This document shows, piece after piece, positions 1 to 8,100 of a DNA stretch of 64,000 nucleotides (position 1 is its first letter; each line of letters begins with the position of its first letter). Source of the DNA: Candidatus Latescibacterota bacterium (GTDB lineage: Bacteria > Latescibacterota > UBA2968 > GCA-2709665); contig OZ244744.1 in the NCBI GenBank assembly GCA_965219455.1, positions 1,184,001-1,248,000 on the forward strand, read 5' to 3'. The notes under the pieces were generated by a model. It was given only the letters and a program-made list of their open reading frames with translations, was not told the DNA's origin and searched no databases. A program made the translations under genes and the position numbers.

Positions 1-1
1 C

Positions 2-190
2 CTCGATGCCCTGCGGAATCCCCACCACCCGCTGCTGAACAGCTGGCGCAATCCGGAAGCCCGCCTGGAGCAGCTTCGGCGAATTCTCACTTTGTCCCTC
101 AGCGCCGATCCCCGCACCACGGAACTCCGATCCTTTTTCGAACGTCGACTCAATCGCCCGTCCCGTACGGGGGCGGCGGGCTTACCTTGA
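2..190 (+). CDS. 3' end of an unidentified CDS entering from the left edge
   Basis: Open frame from position 2 (LDALRNPHHPLLNSWRNPEARLEQLRR...GLP) to TGA at 188-190, with GC3-rich codons. Confidence 0.5.
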   Translation, partial: LDALRNPHHPLLNSWRNPEARLEQLRRILTLSLSADPRTTELRSFFERRLNRPSRTGAAGLP

Positions 191-262
191 AGAAGAATCC
201 GTTCGGCGTGTTTGCTCCCAACGCCCGACCGGGGTGGATCGCGACATGAACGCGCAAAATGG

Positions 263-291
263 TTGACAACCCACCGGAATTGGCATATCGT
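263..291 (+). promoter_or_regulatory. Putative sigma70 promoter for the AIR-synthase-like gene
   Basis: TTGACA-N17-TATCGT. Confidence 0.5.
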
Positions 292-352
292 AAATTCAGG
301 GGGCAGTGCGCACCCCTAACCCTTTTTCCGTCTCGTAAATCATCTCACAATT

Positions 353-1366
353 ATGTGTTCATTCCTGCCGCCGGGCAAACTCCCGCTCGAAATGCTCTCC
401 GGCCTGCTGCGCGATTGCACAGCAGAGGACGAACGCGTTCTGGTGGGTCCGGAGGTGGGCGAGGACGCCGCCGTCATCGACTTCGGCAAGACCTGCCTGG
501 TGGTCAAGACGGACCCGATAACCTTCGCAACGGACGAAATCGGCCACTACGCGGTCCACGTCAACGCCAACGACGTCGCCACAATGGGCGCCGTTCCCCG
601 CTGGTTCCTGGCCACGCTGCTGCTGCCCGAAAACCAGACGCACGAAACGCTGGTTCGAACCATCTTCGACTCGCTCCGCCGCGCAACACGTGAGATCGGC
701 GTTACTCTCTGCGGCGGCCATACCGAAATCACAGCAGGTCTGGACCGGCCGATTGTCGTTGGTCAGATGCTGGGCGAAGTCTCGCGCGATAACCTCGTTC
801 GGTCGAGCGGACTTCAGGTGGGCGACGGCATTCTGCTGACCAAGGGGCTGGGGATCGAAGCCACCGCCATCCTGGCCAGGGAGAAAGAAGCAGAACTGCG
901 TGACCGGGGATTCGATCCCGACCTGCTTGAGAAGGCACGCGGATACCTTCGCGACCCGGGAATCAGTATTCTTAAAGAGGCTCGCATCGCCTGCGAAACC
1001 GCTTCGGTACACGCGATGCACGACCCCACCGAAGGCGGCGTTGCCACTGCGCTGCGGGAGCTCGCGGCCGCTTCGAACCGCGGACTTTCCGTGGACGCAG
1101 AGGCGCTTTTCGCCTCGGAAGAAACGCGCCTCCTCTGCGACGCCTTCCAGCTCGATCCGCTGGGCGTCATCTCCTCGGGCGCGCTGCTCCTCGGACTGGC
1201 GCCGGAAGACGCCGGCCCGGTTCGCAATGCGATCCGGGCAGCGGACATCCCCTGCGAGATCATCGGCCGCGTGGAATCACGCGAATTCGGACTCAGACTA
1301 CGCGAAGACGACCGCTGGAACGACCTCCCCGAATTCGACCGGGATGAAATCGGCAAGATCTTCTGA
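353..1366 (+). CDS. AIR synthase-related (PurM/HypE/ThiL superfamily) protein
   Basis: Motifs GEDAAVI, KTDPIT, NANDVATMGA, GGHTE, MHDPTEGG. Confidence 0.85.
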   Translation: MCSFLPPGKLPLEMLSGLLRDCTAEDERVLVGPEVGEDAAVIDFGKTCLVVKTDPITFATDEIGHYAVHVNANDVATMGAVPRWFLATLLLPENQTHETLVRTIFDSLRRATREIGVTLCGGHTEITAGLDRPIVVGQMLGEVSRDNLVRSSGLQVGDGILLTKGLGIEATAILAREKEAELRDRGFDPDLLEKARGYLRDPGISILKEARIACETASVHAMHDPTEGGVATALRELAAASNRGLSVDAEALFASEETRLLCDAFQLDPLGVISSGALLLGLAPEDAGPVRNAIRAADIPCEIIGRVESREFGLRLREDDRWNDLPEFDRDEIGKIF

Positions 1367-1408
1367 TCCGGGTCGGTTGTCTTGTCCTGGAAACTCCCCA
1401 CCCCCATT

Positions 1409-1665
1409 ACGTCCCCTATTCCCTTGCCCTTTTTCTTGCTTCGCCCAAGAAAAAGGGCGAAAAAGAAGGGCGCCGCTCGGCGCGGGGCCGGTTTTTCCAC
1501 GAATCTCGGCAGTGGCGTAGACTTGCGAATTTGCCCTGCATACCCATACGGTCCCACGGTGTTTCAGCGCTGAACGGAATAACGTGGAAAAACCCCCCAC
1601 TCAGCCACCGGACGGTCGTGAGTCTTCGAGGCAAGGACCTCCGATTGAATTTGCGCCTGTCCCGG
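1409..1665 (+). repeat. Dispersed structured repeat, copy A
   Basis: 1409-1498 matches the reverse complement of 45260-45349 at 89/90 nt; patchy similarity continues (CTGAACGGA..GGAAAAACCCCC..CCACCGGACGG). Confidence 0.85.
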
Positions 1666-1771
1666 CTTTTGCTGAACGCTGATAGCTGAATCTGCTTGTG
1701 CGTATTTGACTTAACGCATAAATTGTGAATCGACATCCCCGTTTCTTATCGTCATTACAGGAGCAGGCATT

Positions 1772-2929
1772 GTGACGGATCAAGACCGCTTCACCTTCCA
1801 TTCCCCCACCCGTCTTTTTGTCGGCCGCGGCAGCGTCTCGGAAATCCCGCAGCTTCTCTCCGAACGCCCCGAGAAAAAGGCCCTCGTCGTCACCGACAAG
1901 GGCCTCGTCAAAGCCGGCGTGGCGCAACAGTCCATCCGTGTACTGGAGACCGCCGGCATTCCGTTTGTGGTCTACGACGGCGTGGAGGAAAACCCGCCGG
2001 CCCACGTCGTTCATGCCTGTTTCGACCTTTACGAGTCAGCAGGCTGCGACTGGTTGCTGGCCATCGGCGGGGGTTCGTCGATGGACACCGCCAAGTGCGC
2101 GGGAGTGCTGGCTGCCAACGGGGGAAGGATCGAAGACCACTTCGGGTTGCTTCGGGATCGGAAACGGGTGCCCTACCTGCTGTGCGTGCCCACCACCTAC
2201 GGCACCGCCAGCGAAGTCACCCCGTTCGCCGTCGTCACGGACAACAACCACTTCAAAGCGACTGTGGGCGGCCCTCACGTGATTCCCGACGTCGGTATAC
2301 TCGACGCCAATGCGGCCGTCGCCCTGCCCATGCCCATCGCCGCCGCCACCGGGATGGACGCGCTCACCCATGCAGTGGAATCCTACGTGGCCCTTGCGTC
2401 CAACCCCATATCCGACGGCCTGGCCCTGCATGCCATCCGGCTTGTTGCGCGAAACCTGCGGCAGGCAGCGGCAAGCCACCACAATTACAGGGCCACCGAA
2501 CAGATGTTGCTCGCCAGCAATATGGCGGGCATCGCCTTCTCCCAGACGCGCCTTGGCAATGTCCACGCGATGTCGCATGCCGTAGGCGGCCACTACGGGG
2601 TCCCTCACGGCGTCGCCAACGCCATCCTTCTCACACGGGTCATGGATTTCAACAAAGTCGCATGCCCCGAACGTTTCGCCGATATCGCCGTTGCAATGGG
2701 TGAGAATATCGAAGGCCTGTCGCCCGTGGAAGCCGCCGACGTCGCCGTGGAAGCCGTGAAATCGCTGGCGGCGGAAGTCGGCATACCAGAATCCCTTACC
2801 GAAGTCGGCGTCGCGCCGCAGGGTATTTCCGTCCTGGCGGAAGATGCGATGAAAAGCGGAAATATCCAGATCAACCCGCGCCACACCACCCTCAAGGACA
2901 TCATTGCGTTGTACGAAGCCGCCATGTGA
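1772..2929 (+). CDS. Iron-containing alcohol dehydrogenase
   Basis: GGGSSMDTAK, PTTYGTASEVT, GMDALTHAVES, HAMSH and HGVANA metal-ligand motifs. Confidence 0.93.
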   Translation: MTDQDRFTFHSPTRLFVGRGSVSEIPQLLSERPEKKALVVTDKGLVKAGVAQQSIRVLETAGIPFVVYDGVEENPPAHVVHACFDLYESAGCDWLLAIGGGSSMDTAKCAGVLAANGGRIEDHFGLLRDRKRVPYLLCVPTTYGTASEVTPFAVVTDNNHFKATVGGPHVIPDVGILDANAAVALPMPIAAATGMDALTHAVESYVALASNPISDGLALHAIRLVARNLRQAAASHHNYRATEQMLLASNMAGIAFSQTRLGNVHAMSHAVGGHYGVPHGVANAILLTRVMDFNKVACPERFADIAVAMGENIEGLSPVEAADVAVEAVKSLAAEVGIPESLTEVGVAPQGISVLAEDAMKSGNIQINPRHTTLKDIIALYEAAM

Positions 2930-2960
2930 ATTTTCGTCGCGTCCGATCGCGAGCGGCTAA

Positions 2961-3147
2961 CAGTCCGTTGAAAAAGTCGCTCTGCAGGCGAGGCCGAGTC
3001 ATTGTGGCCGAAGACAAGGCGTGCGACCGCGTCGAATCGGGGATTCGGGGAGGGAGCGCAACGCAGTAATTCGGCCACAAGGGCCGGACGCCTGTCTGCG
3101 TGCGTACGCACAGGCAGGCAGCCCGGATGGACTTTTTCAACGGGCTG
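2961..3147. mobile_element. 187-bp MITE with IS5/IS1182-like ends
   Basis: 18-bp terminal inverted repeats CAGTCCGTTGAAAAAGTC / GACTTTTTCAACGGGCTG (17/18), flanked by CTAA direct repeats at 2957-2960 and 3148-3151; no transposase. Confidence 0.85.
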
Positions 3148-3207
3148 CTAAGGCATTAACGCGGGACTCAATTCCAGACTTTCGTCATCTAACACCGGAG
3201 GCTCCAC

Positions 3208-4506
3208 ATGCAATACCCCCACATGTTTCGGATTCGCCAGCGCTTCGACGCGCCGTGCGTTGACGATATTCCGGGCGCCACGCGGCACGAAATCCGGAAT
3301 CTCAACCCCGGCGAAACCATCAGGCCCGGGCACACCGTAGCGATTGCCGCGGGATCCCGGGGCATCGCCAACCTCGACACGGTTATCGCTACGCTCGTCG
3401 AAGAGATGGTCGCGCTTGGCGCCAGGCCCTTTATCGTTCCGGCGATGGGCAGCCACGGCGGCGGCACAGCCGAGGGCCAGGCGGAGATTCTGGCGGGGTA
3501 CGGCATCACAGAAGAAACCGTCGGCGCCCCCGTCAAATCCTCTATGGACGTTATTGAAATCGGCGTTACCGATTTCGGCATGCCGGTCTATTTCGACAAA
3601 TGTGCCTCGGAAGCCGATCACGTGGTCGTTGTCAACCGCGTCAAACCCCACACCGGCTTCGTCGGCGAGATCGAAAGCGGCCTGATGAAAATGATGCTCA
3701 TCGGCCTGGGCAAGCACAAAGGCGCCACCATTTACCACCGGGCAATCATCCACCATTCCTTCGACAAGATCGTACGCGTTGTGGGGAAGACGGTCAGGGA
3801 AAAAATGCCGATCACATTCGGCATCGCCCTGCTCGAAAACGGCTACGACGAAACGGCGCATGTTGCCGCCATTCCCGCGCCGGATTTTGAAAACGTGGAA
3901 AAGGAGCTTCTGGTCAAAGCCAAGGCCTGGTGTCCCCGACTGCCCTTCGACGACGTGGACCTGCTGATCATCGACGAGATGGGTAAAGACATCAGCGGCT
4001 CCGGCATCGATACCAACGTGGTGGGGCGTAAACGCAACGAACGCAGAGCGCTGGACGGAGACACCCCCCACGTCCTGCGGCTCTTCGTCCGGGATCTCAC
4101 GGAAAAAACCCACGGCAACGCCGTGGGAGTTGGTATGGCCGAATTTACCACAGACCGCCTGGTCGAGAAAATCGACTACCACGCGACGAACATCAACGCC
4201 ATTACCGGACAGCACCCCCCGGCGGCCTCCATCCCCATGCATTTCCCCACCGACGAGGAAGTCCTCCATATCGCGCTCGAATCCGTCGGGCTCATCGAGG
4301 CGTCGGACGCCCGTGTGCTCTGGATCAAGAACACGCTGGACCTGGGCGAAGTGGAAGCCTCCACCGCCTACCTGGAGATGGCCGAAATGCGGGACAACCT
4401 GGACATCCTGGTTGGCCCCCGCCAACTCGAACTCGGCCCCGACCGCAACCTCCCTCCCATCGAGGTCTTCGCGCGCAAGGCGCCGGAATTGGTCGCCGCG
4501 GATTGA
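3208..4506 (+). CDS. LarA-like (lactate racemase domain, DUF2088/DUF362-type) protein
   Basis: GSRGIAN, PAMGSHGGGTAEGQ, NRVKPHT, ESGLMKMMLIGLGK; RBS GGAGG. Confidence 0.75.
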   Translation: MQYPHMFRIRQRFDAPCVDDIPGATRHEIRNLNPGETIRPGHTVAIAAGSRGIANLDTVIATLVEEMVALGARPFIVPAMGSHGGGTAEGQAEILAGYGITEETVGAPVKSSMDVIEIGVTDFGMPVYFDKCASEADHVVVVNRVKPHTGFVGEIESGLMKMMLIGLGKHKGATIYHRAIIHHSFDKIVRVVGKTVREKMPITFGIALLENGYDETAHVAAIPAPDFENVEKELLVKAKAWCPRLPFDDVDLLIIDEMGKDISGSGIDTNVVGRKRNERRALDGDTPHVLRLFVRDLTEKTHGNAVGVGMAEFTTDRLVEKIDYHATNINAITGQHPPAASIPMHFPTDEEVLHIALESVGLIEASDARVLWIKNTLDLGEVEASTAYLEMAEMRDNLDILVGPRQLELGPDRNLPPIEVFARKAPELVAAD

Positions 4507-4548
4507 TGGCGGCGGCTGGTGATTCGGTGTGGCGTGCCGTGTTTTGAG

Positions 4549-4603
4549 CCTGGGTGCGCGGGCATCTTGCCCGCACGGGTGGGCGGAATGCCAACGTTCC
4601 AGG
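4549..4603. repeat. REP-like palindromic doublet at the left island edge
   Basis: CCTGGGTGCGCGGGCATCTTGCCCGC followed by a degenerate inverted partner ending CGTTCCAGG. Confidence 0.55.
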
Positions 4604-4883
4604 GTTCACTCGCAATTGGGCTAAAGAGGCGTGGCCGGTCCGCCGCGACATCCGGTAAGTTGGGTCTCTCTGCGGTGCGGCGGCCTGCATGCGTAGCGTA
4701 CTGCGCTGCAAGCACGTTACGGATTTCTGACGAATCGACGCTGGATTCCAAAACGATAGTCGAGCCCACCCACCAGAGCGTTGCTTCGGTATCATAATGC
4801 CTTTGGTAGGTTTCGCATGAGGCACGACAAATTTCGCGTGCGGAGATTTCCAGCACGTGTGACTCACGATAGGGACAAACACT

Positions 4884-5093
4884 ATGGATTGGCGCGATCA
4901 TATCACAGGGGATCCCGAGATTTTCCATGGTAAGGCGTGTATCGCCGGTACGCGGGTCCTCGTGACCACGGTTTAGGATAATCTTGCGTCGGGCCTGAAT
5001 ACCGAAGAAATTTCGAAGAGTTACACGTCGGTTTCGCGCGAAGCCGTCCTGGCGGCGATCGCCTATGCCGCGGCACTGGCCAACGAACAGTAG
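4884..5093 (+). pseudogene. DUF433-like antitoxin interrupted by an in-frame TAG
   Basis: Translates MDWRDHITGDPEIFHGKACIAGTRVLVTTV*DNLASGLNTEEISKSY...AAIAYAAALANEQ; TAG at 4974-4976 where Leu is expected; absent from the ORF track. Confidence 0.8.
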
Positions 5094-5160
5094 TCACCAT
5101 AGGTAGATGAACAGCGAATGGTACCTGGAATCAAGATTCATTAGACATTGAGGGTTTTAT

Positions 5161-8100
5161 ATGAGCGATCCGAATAGACGTAATAGCGAAAACCTCAAGG
5201 ATACACGGTGGGCTAGTGTTATCGAGGATTTGCGCCAATGGCCATCCGATGCTTCGGAATGGGAATCAGACCAGGTCGGAGGATTCGTCGAACAGGTACG
5301 GCTACTTGCCGAGCAGAAGTGCGACGAACAGAAGAAAGCGGGGCGGCTCCATCTCCAACAGGCGTTGGACCAATTGCGAGAAGTCTACGCCAGAGAAATA
5401 GCGTTTTTTGGATTCGAAAGCCTAGGCATAGCCAATTGGCAAGCGGCCAATTGCCCTGCTGATCATGTTTCAGAACGTGCGAAAACGGTCGGAAGTCTGC
5501 AGGAGCAGCTAAATGGGCTTCGCTTGTTAAAGCAACAATCGCCTGAAAACTTCCAAGAAACCCGCAAGCATCGGACGGACTTGAACGACACGGAAGATCG
5601 GATAAACTCACTTGCGATGCAACTCGACCAGGAGTTTGCGGTGGCCGAACCGGAGCCACAACAGACTCTGGATGAGGAAGTTGAAGACGAAGACGATCCC
5701 GGCACGGAACCCCCTAAGCCCGGAAAAGGCACGTCTGGTGACCGCCCAGATTCTGACGAACAACAGGAGGCCAAAAAAGAATCTCGTCAAACCGAAGACG
5801 AATCCAAAAAGGAAACCAGTTTAAAAGAACAAGGTGCCGAAGCTGAACTTTCAGACAAGCAAGAAGTGTCCGAACCAAAGCATTCCCAGCCGGCCGCGCC
5901 TGAACCTCAACCCAAAGATGGAACGCCAACGAAGTTGCGATCGGTTAGGGATGCGGCCGTCCGATTACAGGAAGACAAATCAGATGAGAACTGGGAATCG
6001 TTGGGCTGGAGCCTATTGGCTGAAGAGGATTGGACCGGAGCCTATTGGCTTGCTCATTCTCTGAAAGCAGCAGGCCGCGACGTACCTGTCGCGCCTGAAT
6101 TGCTTTCTGTGCTTCAGGGATCGCGCTGGTTGAAAAATGATACCGACAGTCTAGTCCGCGGCATCTTGGAAATCGCTTCGGATTGGGCTCCTCAAACGAC
6201 TGCGGAAAAGCTACTTGGGTTGGCTGCGGCATTGCGCCCGAGCTTAATTGCCCCATACGCGGGACTCGTCGGTTGGCTCCCTCAAAGGGAGGAAATCAAT
6301 CCTGCGTTGGGCGAATTCGCTGACGCCATCCGCACTTTTGCCCGCGCTGGCTATCCTTTGCAAAGCGAAAATCTGCAGGGAGTTGAAAATCAGGCCGATA
6401 TCGCGGAGAGAATTGCAAATATCGGAAAGCAGGCCCAAAGCCTCCTAGCGAACAATCGAGGCCGTAAATTAAAGATGCTAAGGGCGACAAACGTCCTGCG
6501 TCGTTTGGTGGACCGAGGAGGTGATTTAAACCTCCTATTAACCCCGGTTGTCGAAAATCGCGCCGACGAAATCGATCAGGTGCGGCAGCGCATAAAAGAC
6601 TTCGAAGGGCGCAGGATTGAAGAACGCATCCATCAGATCGACCGAGAGCGAGCGACTGCCCGACCATCCAGACCGATCACTGGCGTTCCTCGCGATCAAT
6701 TGGCACGAAGCATCGAAGAGGCTGTGACGGTAGCGGACCACTGGAGTTCCTTGATTGAGCGGGAAGAGCTAATCAGTACCAAGGGCGACTGGTGGACCGA
6801 TCACGTGAAGGAGCTGCGTGACCGAGCAAGAGATATCCTGCCGGACGTTGAAGCCGAACTTGAGCGAATGCAACGACAGGATCAAAACCCAAAGGAGGCC
6901 GCTTGTGGCCGCGTATTGCAAAAGGCCACAGGGGAAGTTACAGCTATGCTGGGTCTAGATGAACAACACGACAATGAAGACCCGCAAGCCTGGATGTGTA
7001 CCCAAAGCGGCTCATTGAATCGGGCGTTGGCGCGACGTCTGCTGTCGATCCCAGAAGTGTCCCTTGACGACGACGGCTATCCTAGTGAGGATCATATGGC
7101 CGAAATCGCCACGTTCTTGCGCCAATCGCTAGCTGAGGAACGTGTGTTAATTACGGCCTGTAACATTCGCATTGAAAGACAGGATTTTCGCTTCACCGAT
7201 GTATTGCGGAATGCATTGAAGGACGACGAGGAACGCAGGGTATTTGAGGATCGAAACGAAGAGGCTCTCAATGGATCCCGGACGGCTCTATTGGAAAGGG
7301 TCGCCAAAGTGAGGGGCGTGATCGAACAGGGTATGGTGGACGGGCTGCTGGTTGAACAAGAACGTACCACTATGAGTGCCGAGTTGGAAACGGCGGCCAT
7401 TGAAGAGCCTTTGTGTTTCGGACCCCTGTTCCGACGGTTAGCTGATATTGAGCGGCAATTGAACCAAAAGCGCGCCGACCGACTGCAAGAGTTGGAGAGT
7501 AAATGGGCACACATTCGGCAAGTGCTAGAGCAAAAGATTCAAGTTGAGCAGCTAAAAGCAGTAGAGGCATTTATCCATAGAGCTTTTCAACAGAGCGATA
7601 CCAGAGTCGTAGACGAAGGCTTAGCCCACCTACGCGAAGTCCTCCAAGGTGAGGTTGAATGGGAGAGTGGGTGGTTTGCCCCACCGGACGAGCGTGACAT
7701 CTTAAAGGAGTTCCTAGATGCTAGTTCGGGTATCGAATCCGGGCTTTCCAGTTTGGGGAGTGTCAATCAATTGGCCAGTGTGATCGAGAAAGGCAAAACT
7801 TGGGGAAAGGTGGCGTTCGGTGAGTTACCCAAGACCCGCAGAGATGAAGCCGTCAGGGCACTTAAATCCTGGCACGTACTCAAACGCCATCAGGACCAGC
7901 CAACAGTTGCCCATCGGCATGTACCGGTCTTGTTGGCATATCTTGGTTTTCATCTACAGGAGAAAGAATCGGCCGTCAGTGTGAAGAATCGCGGCCGGGA
8001 TTGGCTCCACTGCGAGGTAGATGCGTCGGCCAGCGATCTCGCACGGCCGATCCCTCAGCTGGGCTCGCAAGCCATTGGCTGCTACAATGTGGTATGTCTC

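Noticed and set aside
297-330. Hairpin plus T-run after the 263-291 promoter as a riboswitch or attenuator
   Set aside because: Leader too short for an aptamer, and the T-run is separated from the stem.
1382-1573. Near-identical small ORFs (TSPIPLPFFL..RPRKRAKKKGAARRGAGFS) here and at 45185-45376
   Set aside because: They are translations of the repeat; starts and ends differ, there is no RBS, and copy C conserves pairing rather than the peptide.
3148-4425. Long antisense and alternate-frame ORFs (also 30282-31238, 48249-49406, 58221-59483 and others)
   Set aside because: Shadow ORFs expected opposite real genes in high-GC DNA.
4974-4976. In-frame TAG as pyrrolysine or recoding
   Set aside because: TAG is a normal stop elsewhere in the window, no pyl genes are present, and a single TTG>TAG change explains it.
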